Shown here piece after piece: positions 48,901 through 60,454 of a DNA stretch of 64,000 nt. Origin of the DNA: Felis catus (taxonomy: Eukaryota); contig NC_058368.1 of the NCBI RefSeq assembly GCF_018350175.1, positions 79,548,001-79,612,000 on the forward strand, written 5' to 3'. Each line of letters opens with the position of its first letter. Positions within the stretch are counted from its first letter, which is position 1. The notes below the pieces were generated by a model. The model was not told the DNA's origin. It saw only the letters and a program-made list of their open reading frames with translations, and made no database searches. The position numbers and the translations under genes were made by a program.

Positions 48901-51900
48901 AACACTGAAATTTAATACTAGACTCTAACAATCCACTCAAGCGTTTATACCACTGCCATATGGATGGATCAAAGCAGCAGTAAGATTATAATTATACTTC
49001 AGGTTATAAAGTTTTAACACGATTAGAGTACACGTCACTATTCAGTAGTTGAATCTCAATTAAAAAAAAATTCACGCCAAGCCTCTTAGAACATGACTAC
49101 ATGAGAAATGGACCCCTCCCCCCAATATTTACTTCTGGAAAATTTGATACTCCTTACAATCAATACTAAGAAACCCGCGAGTATTTACAAAGTGCAACAC
49201 ATGTGGTCATTTATCTTGAAAGTATATGATGTGCCACAGTATCTGACCAGATATTGCAAATTTCAGTAAAAACACAGTAAGGAAGGAATGTTTTTTAAAT
49301 CTTGTCTGTGGGCACGAATACCACGTGCGGCACAAGAAAACAGGGCCACATCTGAAGGCACATTTACCCCGTCAAGTGTCACAATGTCTCTGCGCACATA
49401 AAAGCAACCTCGTGCCAATTTTATAATTTTCTAGTCCAAGAAATCGGAACCGCTGACCGGACTGTATTTTATCTCTGGTAAACACGCAGCCTTGAAATTT
49501 TAGCCCAATTCCATCTCAGCGTCCGCATGCGATGAATTCAATCAAGCAGCGAAAGCACCGCGCACAGAAGGGTCCTGTGTCATCCACACTCACGGAGCGA
49601 GATGCCAGCGTACAACATGCAGTTCAGCTGCCTCCCCTCAAACTTCCCTCTGAGCCTCTCGTTTCAGTGCAGTCAACACACACGTCTCTGGGGCTCTCTA
49701 GAAAGAACTCGAATCGTCACTAGCAATTACCGACCGAAGCATTTCCCTTCAACGGTTGTCAGAAGAGAACCCACCACTGAACCCGGTCTCCACCGATCTA
49801 CCTTGAACAACTACTAACAAAACAAAACAAAACAAAACCAAGAACACTGCAATCTGGAAGGACGCATTCGGGTGAATAAAACAAACACGGCGTCTCCCTC
49901 TTTAGATTCGGCTGGTGCTGTTTTCACGAAACCCATCACCTGATCAATAAACATGCTTGTTTGTAACGGATCACTTTGGAGGTTCAGAACACTTTGTTTT
50001 CCATTTGCTCATTAAAATGCCAACGTGACAACGCCTTGCTCAGTTTGTCCAGAAATACGCATTCTATTCATGTTTGCAGGAGAGAAAATCTACAGAGAAG
50101 TCCCCTATTATTCGTGGACTTGCTCAAGACCTGGCTTCGGGGCCCGTGTTATTTCCCTCTGAGTTTTTCCCCCACTCTACTTGGCAGGGCAGATAAAAGA
50201 GTAAAGTTACATTTTCCCTTAAGTTTCTGAGGTGAGACAGGGACGACTGGATTCTGCGCTACCCCCAAAACCAAAACAACAACAACAACAAAACCCTCTC
50301 CACTTGCCAAATCTGATACCCTAGTTAACTAGCTCCTGGAACTACCCTCTACAGAAAACGCATTAGTGGGAATTCTAACAGAAAGCCCACTTTGCCCATG
50401 CTGTGACTAAAACTGCTGAAGTTCTCCTCTTCAGAAAAAGAGACACAGATTCACTTGATACAGAGAACTCTAAAGAAAACAGCACGTTAGCTCTCTATTA
50501 AAATTCCTCTTCAGGAGGCACGGGCCCGCAGAAGAGTAAACGAATCAAACAGTGGAGGTGTTCCTACGGTGTCCGACGACCAAACGAATCCAAAGCACAC
50601 AGCAGTGGCCACCCTAACCGAATCAACCGGAAAACTGAAGCCCCAGGCCCAGCACTGGATTCAGCAGCTGCAAGTTGACGGGTCTGTGTTTCTTTTGATA
50701 CATCCCGCGCGAAGAGCCCACACTATCAATTAAAACACTGTAGGTACATTCTAGTTCTCAATTTTCATGGTGACAGTATGTCTTGGTATGTAAACAAGTC
50801 ATAGAAAGAAGGTAATCAAAAGTACGGTCTTCATGGAGTTTCAGCAGGAGGATGCTATTTTCCTCAGTTGTTATTCTGCGATGTAATTTAAAACGCCACT
50901 CCATTGCAATTGATAATTATCTGCGAACAAAATCTCAAGTTAAATAAAGAGGGCGAAAACGTGGTTCTTGGAGACTGGAGTGGAAGCGGCAGTCAAGTAG
51001 AAAAGGCATGCAATTCTTAAAAAGGTATTTGCTCCATTTTCAGAGGACTAGGAGTTGTTGTCTGTTGTTGTTTTTTTAAGAACACTCACTGACAAAAGTG
51101 AGTTTCCTATAAATACTCATGGTTTCAAGGTAGTACCAACAACATCATTGGATTTACCAGCACGATCCTTTGGAAGAGCATTTTAACTGTTCCTGATCTT
51201 TATGATCTCCTGGACCTCCCAGGGGCCAAGGACACAGGAGGGAGAGGGCTATAATTGCCCCATTTCACAGACAGAGAAAGTGAGAACCAGGGATTAAATG
51301 GTTTCCCTCTGTCACACAATGACTCATTAAGATCAGCAACCAGAAACCTGGTTTCCTGATTCCTGGTTTAATGTTCCACATACTATGCTTCCTTCTACGA
51401 AGTACTATTTTCGTAAAGGTTTCTCTTTCAATAAAGGAAATAGAACAAGTCACGTGACTTTCATTCACGAAAGCCTGTGTGTTTTCATAAGCACCTTGGC
51501 TGTCTGTTCCTGGGAACAGGGCAGGAGCGGTGCTCCTTATTATCTTATTTCGACAAGAGCTGGCCGACCGAAGCAGGGAAAGCACGCCCGACAGAAAAAT
51601 AAAGGGCATGTGGTCAAGCAATCTCACTGGAGTGCTAAAAATATTCAAGTTCTTTGTTTTAAGACTTCAACAGGCAATCTTTTTAAACATAAATTGGGAC
51701 TGTACTGTACCTTTGGAAACCTTCCTCTTACCCCCAACTTCTCTGACCCTAGGACATTAACATATGGTCCTTATATCAAACAAAATTTAAACGGCAGATG
51801 CTTTCACTGGTCATTCTTGTCTAATCTGCCTTACTCGTACATAAAAACCAATTTTAGAATAAAAATCCCACTAAAGAGGAACACTAAGACAGCACCTTTC

Positions 51901-52179
51901 ATAATACACACCAATCTATCATCATAGCACAAAAATGTATAAAATGAATTTTTACATGCTGTTTTAAAGCATAGATTCAGAATTACATTTCCAGGTCCCA
52001 AACAACAACACTCTGACAGATTGGTTAGACTTTCCCGCACATACACACACAAAACACACGGTAAGTACCCTTCCTTGCTCCCTAGTGAGACGCAGAATTT
52101 AAAGTTCAGTTTTTACTTGCTCTGGATCAATACACAACGATTGTATTATACATGCTATTATTATGTGTTAATGCAGAAC

Positions 52180-52218
52180 ATGCACACATGCACACGCACA
52201 CACACACACACACACACA
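52180..52218 (+). repeat. (CA)n microsatellite, imperfect
   Basis: Direct reading. Confidence 0.85.
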
Positions 52219-54311
52219 CCCCGAGGGTGCATTAACTGTGTCTTTGGTTCTAGCACTATAATCCCCCCATCTCCAATTCTATGGTAAACAACTACCAAAG
52301 GCTGGCTGCAGGAACCTTACGTCTTTGTTACCACTCATGCAAATGCCAACCCCTATGCAAATGACCCCAGACTATTCTGCTCTGGCATAATTAACGACGT
52401 GTCTCCATGTGGAGCTCCAGGAACTCGGCAGGGACACACACACCACTTCCCAGAGCCCGGCCAGCTCATGCGATGACCCGGGAGCTCTTTTCCCACTTCA
52501 TCTTCAAAGAAATGCTTTCCAAGTCCTCCTGCTATAAATCATTCTCCCAAAGGACGCTTATCTCCCGTGAACTTCATATTTATGAGCACCACGCACAAAA
52601 TTTCTACAGCCACACGTGAGTTAAATAACAGTGGACGTTCATCTGGAGTTTCTAAACGTTTCCCTCCTGGCTCTGCAGACCACAGTTCAGGTTCCACGTG
52701 AATTAAGCCCACATCCTTGTCTTTCCTAGCCTCCTGTTCTCTGTGTCAAAGGAGCTTACTAGAAATCCATTTATCATGGGGTGCTCCTCACAGACCAGTT
52801 TTGGCACAATGGGTCAACTGCAGCTCTCGATTTTGCTTAAAAGTAGTCCTTTTCCTTCTTAAAAGGGTGTTGACCACAGTGCTCACAGAGACTCTGGAAA
52901 ACCAGCAACCAAATAGGATCTCATCTTTGCTCAGCCACTCCGGGGCATCTGAACTGCGGTTCTGGCTTCAGTCCTGAATCCTATAGGTTGAAAGGAATTT
53001 TATACTGGTGGGAACACAGAAGAAGCTAAAATCAGGTCTCTGGCTCGACTTATCTCCCTCAGTTTAAAATGTTCCCGAGTCTGGAAGGGGCATTATATCA
53101 TACATGAATCACGTTTCTGAATGTATCTCCTTTATCAGAAAGGCCTTGAATCCTTTTCAGCTTGCAGACACAAACCCCCTGCTCACTCCTGCTTCTGCAG
53201 AAGCCCGCTCCAGGGCCCTCCGACTCCAGGCCGGGTTTTGGCCGCCTACTTCACCCAAAGCAGTAAAAGGTGTTAGGTTCTCAGGCTGCTTCTCTGATGA
53301 GAATCAGATTTCAGCAAAGTGTGCTTTCGTGTTCACTAAGGCATAGACCCATTTGGGCACACGACAATAACTTTTGTGTGTTTGTCTCTTTTTTCCACTC
53401 AATTCCGGTCACGCTGGTGTGTTTCTATGGTCTGGGTCCTAGACTTCACTCGTCCTCCAACTTCAGGGCACAGTCAGTAGCAATTTTTCAGAAGTACCTG
53501 GACCGCCTAACTGAACTGCGAACAAAGTGACCTTTAGTTGAGAGTCGTCGTTGACGGGGCACAGTCTGACAAGTTCCAACTGATTTAATTCCACGCTCAA
53601 GCACCATATTCCTGACAATTCTCTAGGACTCTTTCCACCTTTCATTCTATGGTTTTAACAAAAAAGTAAAGAGCTCTTCCTTTTATATTAGAACAGGCTA
53701 TTTACTCCGTAGCCGTGCTGTTAAATCCCACGGACTACAGGTCCCAGGCATGTTACAAGCCTTATGGCGGACTAAGCATTCGGCCGGTCTGTGTACTTTA
53801 CCGACAAAAGGTGTACGGATTCCCAAGCCACCTCGACCATCACCCTGGATCTGCTGCAGACTGCTGACCTCAGGCCAGCATCTACCTAACACCACTCTCA
53901 CGGCTTTCGGTTCCCGGGTTCCCACACAGCTTCCACCTTCCTAGCAGCAACCTCCCCGCCCCGCAGAAAGATCCATAACTAGAAACTTGTGAATTGAACA
54001 TTCACCCCCTCTGCCCCCAGCCCAGTCTACACCCCCAGCGGCAGAGCAAATACACCGCTCTCTCCTCATGGATATTTAATGGACTGTGAACAACACCACG
54101 GGACACCAGGCTCTCGGACTTGAAAACACCAGTGCTGTTGTCTCCCGCCCGTTTTCTCTAAAGCACTGATTCTGAAGCCCGACTGCACGGTAACATCCCC
54201 TGGGCAAACTCTGAGAACTGGTGCCTGGGCTCTGCCCACTGGGTGCTTTGCTTGAGTGCGCCCTGGGTGAGGCCCATTCCTTGAACCTCCTCAGGTGAGT
54301 CGAACACGAGA

Positions 54312-54528
54312 CAGAGTTCTCAGAGGATGCCCCCCCCCCCCCACACACATACAGCATCCCCCCAACAGCATCCGCATAGCCTGGGAATTTCTTAAAAACG
54401 CACATTCTAAGCCACACCCTAGACCTGCTGCATCAGAATCTCTGGGGCTTGACACGGCCCAGCCCTCCAGGTTTCTGGCAAACACGGACCAGGTGACTCC
54501 CGGGCAGGCTCAAGTTTGAGAACCACTG
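54312..54528 (+). mobile_element. MER5-family hAT MITE
   Basis: CAGAGTTCTC...AGACCTGCTGCATCAGAATCTCTGGGG...AAGTTTGAGAACCACTG with terminal inverted repeats. Confidence 0.8.
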
Positions 54529-55171
54529 CCTTGGTGTGGTATTTAAACACTGTCACCGTTGCAGACCCTCAGGAGAAAGAGAGTCTCCCTTAAGGAAAAG
54601 CCCTGCAGTTTACTTGTAAAACTGAAACAGTTAACTAACTGTTCCCTGTTGCAGCCACCAAAATGGATGCTCATTTTCCAAATGACTTTCAGACTTGTTT
54701 TTGTAAACTCTGAGGCTCAGCAGAAATCAGGGGGGACCTGGTTTCAGGAAAACAAAGAGAAAGGTGAGGGAGCAGTCAGGACTCCAGGTCAAGAACCGCC
54801 AGCGGGCACTCTGGGGGGGGGGGGCTAAATGGGGGGGGAGGGGGGGGCGGGACTGGCCCTGCCCTGTGAAGGAGGAGAGAGGCGAGAGGCGGTGGGAAAA
54901 GAACAAGGGGGCGGGGCCCAAACAAGGAATCCCAGCCTCCTGGGTGCGAAGCTGCACATTCAACTCAAAGACCACTGGGCCGCTGCGGCTGTTTGGCGAA
55001 GAAGGAAGCCGGGGGAGCCAAGAGGAAAGCAAAACAAGGCAGCTCGTCCAGTATTTTGGCGCTTGTGTCCAGGTACCAAAGGAGCGGATGGTGGTGAAGC
55101 CAGAGCGGCCCTCTCCCCGGCCATCCCACCCTGCCTCCCGCCGACCGTCCGCAAGATTCCAAGGGCCTCAC

Positions 55172-58100
55172 CTTTCACAATGGTGGCCTCCTTCAGGTGA
55201 TGCGACAGGAAGTCAATGCTGGCATAGGTGTTGGCGGAGGGCAGGGCGCCAGGGCCAGGCCCCCCGCACACCCCACCGGTGCTGCTGCCCCCCACCGCGC
55301 TGAGGAGACCCCCCAGACTACGGGTCCGGCCCCAGGCGCTCTTGTCTCCCGGCTGCGGATGCGGAAGCTGCTGCGGGCCGGGCGACAGCCCAGGTTCGTC
55401 CCTCACGTCGATGGCGATGTAGTTGAGGCCGTTCTGGAAGCCGGCAGAGGTCTCCCTGCGCATCGGAGAGCCGCTGCCCCCGGGGCACCCGACCAAGCCC
55501 CCCGGCTGACTCGGTAGCCACGGCCGCGCCTGCTGGGGGGGCGGTGGCTGCAGCTGGCGGGGGGACGTGGGGCGTTCGTCGCCCCCAGCCAGGCCGCCGC
55601 CGCCGGCCCCTTCGCTGCTTTTCCTGAGAGAGACGTTTTCCACGGAGGCCGAGTTGTGGCGCTTCGGGTTGTGGGCGAAGGACGGGGACACGGGGGTCAC
55701 AGTGGTGGTCGAGGAGAAGGTCTCGGAGCTGTGGCGGCGGCGGCCCCCCTGCGGGTCTGCGCGGATGACCTTGGCTCCCCGGTGTGGGTCCGGGGGCTGG
55801 CTGGCCTGCAGGAAGGCCTCCACTCCCGACACTTGATCCCTGAGACTCAGCCTCTTGACGCCGGACGTGGGGCTGGTCACGCGGGCACCTTCCGGCTTCG
55901 GGGGGGCGGCGATGGGTTGCGGCGGGGTGGCAGCCACGCCGAAGGCCATCTCGGTGTAGTCACCATTGTCCCCAGTCTCCGAGGACGACGAGGAGGCAGC
56001 GCTGGGGCCCTGGGAGGTGGGGGCGGGGGGCAGGCGGTACAGCTCGCCTGGAGGGGGCGGCGGCATCGGCTGCGGCTGCAGGGCGGAGGCAGATGCCGCA
56101 GGGCGCGGGGGCAGCGGCGGGTAGGGGGAGGAGGCCTCGGGGGACAGGAGGGCGTCCAGCGAGCCCACGGGGTCCCCGCCCTGGGGGCCCGGCTTGGGTG
56201 ACTTGGGCGAGCTGAAGTCGAGGTTCATGTAGTCGGACAGCGGGGAGCGCTGTCGGCTGTCTCCGCTCGTGCCCGGGGTGCCCGAGCCCAGGGAGGAGGC
56301 CGGGCTGCTGGCGGACAGCAGCGAGGACGACGAGGCAGCCGAGGCCAGCAGCGGGGGCGCGGGAGGCGACAGGCGAGCTCCCGCGTCGCCGAAGTCAATG
56401 TTGATGTACTCGCCGGGGCTCTTGGGCTCCGGCGGCAGCGGGTACTCGTGCATGCTGGGCAGGGTCTGAAGCCCCTCCAGGGACAGGCGCGTGGGCCGCA
56501 CGGCCCGGCAGCGCTGGTTCAGGAAGCCCTCTGGGCGGCTGCCAACGCTGCCACCTGGCCTGCCAGGTGAAGGCACTGCTGGGTGAGGAGGCTGGGCGTG
56601 GCCGCCACCGCCGCAGCCGCTGGACGGCGCGGTCCCCGGGCTGGCCGGCGGCTCCAGCCTCTCCTCTTCCAGGATGCGCCCCACCGGAGAGCTCATGAGC
56701 ACATACTGGTCGTTGTTGTCCCCGTTGCAGGTGTAGGGAGCCTTGTAGGAGCGGGGCAGGGAGCTGTGGCAATAGCCGGGCACTCCCCTGAGCGTCTCCC
56801 CGCTGCCATGCAAGGCGGCCGAGAAGAAGTCGGGAGGGGTCCCCGAGGCGCCCGCGTCGCTGGGGGACATGTTGAGGTAGTCCCCGTTGGGCAGCAGCTT
56901 GCTGTCTGCGTTCTCCATGGACAGCTTGGAGCCACACCACATACGCATGTACCCGCTGTCCTCGGGGGAGCTCTCCGCCGGGGAGCTCGCCTTGTAGCTG
57001 CCCCCACTGGCCGGGAAGGCCCTGCCGGCCGCGGGCGTGGACACCGGCGCTCCCGTGGGGGGCAAGGCCGCAGCAGCAGCCCGAGGCTGCAGGATCTGCT
57101 TTGGGGCGGACACGCTGGTGGGGCTCATAGGCATGTAGTCGTCACTCCTACAGCTGCCACTGCCACCCCCCGTGAGGGCTGCGCCGGGGGTCATGGGCAT
57201 GTAGCCGTCGTCCGTACCCAGGTTACTGCTGGAGCTCCTGTGGGAGCCAATCTCGACGTCCCCATAGTCCTCGGGGTAGGGGTGGTAGGCTGCTTTGGGA
57301 GACGAGGCGGGGCAGGACGGGCAGAGGCGGCCGGAGCTGCCAGAGAAGGAGACCCGCATCAGGGTGTATTCGTCCAGGGACGCAGAGGAGGGCTGGGGCA
57401 CAGGCCGCTGCCGGGCAGGTGTGGTCAGGGAGTACGTCCGCTTCCTCAGGCCTCTGTCCACGTCCTGGGCCCCGTCCCCGGAGACTCTGCGGTAGGGGCG
57501 GCCACAGTGGCTCAGGGGCCGGTCCATGGTCATGTACCCGTACAGCTCGCCCCCGCTGCCGTCCCGGGCCGGGGGCGTCTCGGCAATGGACTCAGGCGTG
57601 TTGCTCCGGTGGCTGCAGAAGGCTCTCAGGTCCCCAGGGCTGGAGCCATACTCGTCCAGAGACATGAAACCGGGGTCGCTGGGGGACCCCGAGGCCGAGG
57701 CGCTGCCGCTGGAGGGCCGCTGGCTCGCGGGCTGGTGCAGGGGGTGCTGCAGGTGCGGGTGCGGGCCCGGAGGCGGCGGGTAGGAGCCGGAGCCGTGCCC
57801 GCTGCTGGACGACAGGCTGCTAGGGCTGGTGGCTGCTGGGGGCGAGTGCGCCACGGGCATGGACATGGAGCGGCTGTGTTGCAGGGCGCCCCCTGCCGGC
57901 GCCAGCGCCACCTTGCCCGCGCGGCCGCCGCAGCCGCCGCCGCCGCCGCCGCCGCTCAGGGTGTGTGAGCGGCTCAGGGGCGTTCGCACCGGCCCGGGGC
58001 TCAGGGGACTCCCGGCCACCGACACGGGCCTGCCGCCCGCCGCCCCGGCCCCCGCCGCCGCCGCGCCGCCGTCGCCCTCGCTGGCCGTGCGCACCCGGCA

Positions 58101-59171
58101 CGAGCTGCACTTGGCTGCCGGCGGGGTGGCGGCCAGGCTGTCGGTGCGCGAGCGGCGCACCAGGCCCGTCTGGCTGGGGGGCAGGTTGACCAGGTGGTGG
58201 TGGCGGCGCGCGCCGGGGACGCTGATGGGGTGTGTGGAGGACGAGCCCGACGACTGGCTCTTGCTGCGCGGCCGGAACTCGAAGAGCTCCTTGAGCGCCT
58301 TCATGGCCTCCAGGATGGTCTCGTGGATGTTCTGCGCCACCACCGAGTCGTCGGCCTGCATCCACAGCTCACCTGGGCCCGTGACGGCCGACCGGCCCAC
58401 CTCGATGAAGAAGAAGCTGTCCGAGTGGCCGCAGCGGCGAATGTTCATGAGCTGCAGCGTCACCGACGGCTGCTCACAGTTAAGTTTCACAAAGCCGATG
58501 GTGCGCGCCGACAGGCACAGGCGGTACACGCCCGTCAGGTTCCTGCTCTGGCCCAGGCCCTTGGGCTTCAGGTTCACCTGCCACACCTCGCGGTAGGCGG
58601 CCGAGGCGGGCGCCACCAGCCCGTAGCTGTCATCGGCCGCGGCGGCGCCGGCCGAGCCGCCCAGGGCGCCGGGAAGGGAGGCGCTGCAGGACGCGGCGGT
58701 GGCGGCGGCGGCGGGGGGCGCGTCGCCGGCGCCCGCGCGGCCCTCGCTGACCAGGTCGGTGAGCGCGCGGTACCAGCCCTCCTGCTCCTGCTCGTTCTCG
58801 GCCGCCACAGCGAAGTACTCGTCCTTGGTGTAGAGCGCGATCAGGTACTTGTGCTTGGCGTCGGCGCGCTTGTTGATGTTCAGGCAGCAGTCGAGCGCGA
58901 TGACCCGCTTCGGGGCGCCCGCCTTGCTCCGCCACTTCTTCTCGCTCTCGTAGTACTCGAGCCGCGGCGGCTGCGGCGCCGGCCCCCCGCCCGCCGCCGC
59001 CGCCTCGTCGCCGGGCCCGCGCAGCACGAAGAAGCGCTTGTGGCCGTGCTTCTGCTTGCGCAGGTAGCCGCACTTGCGCACGCTGTGGTTGTTGTTGTTG
59101 TTGTTGTTGTTGAGGTTGGGGCCGTCGCCACCCGCCGGCCCGGGGGGCCCGTGCAGCGGCGGGCTCGCCAT
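55172..59171 (-). CDS. IRS2: Insulin receptor substrate 2, coding exon 1 (1333 codons + 1 nt)
   Basis: ATG in strong Kozak context (GGCGATGG) at 59171. Translation shows poly-Asn, a PH domain (VRKCGYLRKQKHGHKRFFVLR...EQEGWYRAL), an IRS-type PTB domain (YREVWQVNLKPKGLGQ...IHETILEAMKAL), multiple YxxM motifs (YMTM, YTLM, YMPM x2, YMRM, YLNM, YVLM, YTEM), YINI, YIAI and YASI. The exon ends AAA G|GTGAGG (donor GT at 55171-55170). Confidence 0.98.
57933..57953 (-). repeat. Coding (GGC)7 repeat, poly-Gly
   Basis: Plus strand (GCC)7, translating to SHTLSGGGGGGGCGG. Confidence 0.9.
59088..59111 (-). repeat. Coding (AAC)8 repeat, poly-Asn
   Basis: Plus strand (GTT)8, encoding NNNNNNNN before the PH domain. 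Confidence 0.95.
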
Positions 59172-59730
59172 CGCCGGCGTCTCAGGCCGCGCCGCCCGGC
59201 CCGCCGTGGAGGAGCCGCGGGACAGCGGAGGGGGCGCGGGCGGGGGCGGCTCCCTCCCCGCCCCCCCACCCTACCCCCTGCTCGCCCGCCCGAGCCCGCG
59301 TCCCTCGGGCCCAGGAGGTGGGGAAGGTCGGGGGAGGCCCGCGGGGGCCGGCACCGCGCGGTGGCGCAGCGCCCTCCGCGCTCCCGGGCCCCAGAGGATG
59401 CCCGGCGCGGGCGGTGGCCGCCCCCTGGCCCGGCTCCCCGCGGCCGCTTGCCTCCCGGGCTCTCGGGCGGCGCCTGGGGACTCGCTGGCTGGGCCGGGAG
59501 TCGGGGTCCCCGAGCCGCGGGGCCGAGCTTAAGGCGCGCGCGGCCGCACCGGTCCCGCCGCCGCGCCGCGCTCCGGGGTGCCGGGGTGCGCCCGGGCACT
59601 CGGGGTCCGCGCCGCCACCCGGGCTGCTGCTGCTGCTGCTGCTGCTGCCGCCGCCGCCGCTGCCAACGGCGACCCGGGATCGTCGCGGTCCCCGCCGCAC
59701 AGCGAGTAACACATCGCGCACCGAGTGACT
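59172..59730 (-). other. IRS2: IRS2 5'UTR (GC-rich leader; TSS approximate)
   Basis: Very GC-rich segment between the core promoter motifs (59741-59850) and the ATG. The TSS cannot be fixed from sequence alone. Confidence 0.7.
59624..59659 (-). repeat. Compound trinucleotide repeat (CGG)4(CAG)8 in the 5' leader
   Basis: Plus strand (CTG)8(CCG)4, counted directly. Confidence 0.95.
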
Positions 59731-59740
59731 GAACTAAGAG

Positions 59741-59850
59741 CAAAACAACATGTGACTCGGCGTGACGCAGGCACACACGGCGCGGCCGCCCCGCCCCGCC
59801 GCCCGCATTGGCGCCGCGCCCCCCGACGGACGGCCGGCGCGGCCAATGGG
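59741..59850 (-). promoter_or_regulatory. IRS2 proximal promoter: insulin-response element/FOXO site, E-box, half-CRE, GC boxes, two CCAAT boxes
   Basis: Sense strand CTGCGTCACGCCGAGTCACATGTTGTTTTGCTC: TGTTTTG at 59741-59747, CACATG at 59749-59754, CGTCA at 59763-59767. GC boxes at ~59790-59800. ATTGG at 59807-59811 and CCAAT at 59843-59847. Matches the described IRS2 IRE/E-box module (FOXO1, TFE3, SREBP competition). Confidence 0.8.
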
Positions 59851-60446
59851 CGCGGGCCGCGGGGGGGCGGGCCGCGCGCCCCCGCCCCGCCCCCCTTTCT
59901 CCCCGGGCTGCGTTTCCCGCCGTCCCCTCCCCCTCCCGCGGAGGCCAGGGCCCGGGCGGGGTGGGGGCCGGCCCCGGCCTCATTAATCAGAGGCTCGTTG
60001 TGGATGCCGGCGGAGGAGATGCCACCCAGGGCGGGAAAAGGGGCGCGCACGAGGGGCGGGGGCCGGCCGCCGCGCGGAGGGCCCTTCCCTCCCGCCTTTG
60101 ACTCAATTAATTGGGCTCGCAGCTTCCGCCGGGGAGGAGACCGGGGGAGGGGACACTGCAGGGGGCTGGGGGCCGGCGGAGATCAAGGGCCGAGACCGCC
60201 GAGCCAGGGGCCGGGCGCCGGCGAGGGGGGCGGCAGCACCCTTGCCTCGGGCCCCGCGTCGCCCTGCTGCCGCTCCACTCGCGGGGGCAAGAAGGGGCAA
60301 TGAGCTTGGCCGCCCTCTCGTAACCCCCTCCCACCCACACGCACGCTTGGGCGAGCGGATCTGGCGCCCAAACTCGGGGTGGGCGCGCGCCCGCCCCGCC
60401 GCGGCGGGTTTGCGCCTGGGTGGTTCCCGGGTGCCCGGCCCGCGCC

Positions 60447-60454
60447 TTGTTTAC
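60447..60454 (+). promoter_or_regulatory. Perfect FOXO DAF-16-binding element TTGTTTAC
   Basis: Exact consensus sitting as an AT patch inside the CpG island; IRS2 is an established FOXO target. Confidence 0.6.

Larger units (their letters stand above)
29711..55171 (-). other. IRS2: IRS2 single intron (25,461 nt, GT-AG, phase 1)
   Basis: Donor GTGAGG at 55171-55166, acceptor CAG at 29713-29711; the reading frame joins correctly. Confidence 0.92.

Noticed and set aside
54960..55171. C-terminal 70 aa of the 1403-aa ORF as part of canonical IRS2
   Set aside because: A strong donor after KEATIVK and a matching acceptor at 29711 give the known ...IVKE end. The extension is intron read-through, kept only as a hypothetical isoform.
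56583..59732. Long plus-strand ORFs (461, 255, 512 aa) antisense to IRS2
   Set aside because: Shadow ORFs expected from extreme GC content and codon bias; low-complexity R/G/A translations with no recognisable domain.
58880..59983. 367-aa minus-strand ORF with poly-Gln overlapping the IRS2 start
   Set aside because: Its ATG lies upstream of the core promoter and there is no in-frame ATG in the probable leader; stop-poor GC-rich DNA explains it.
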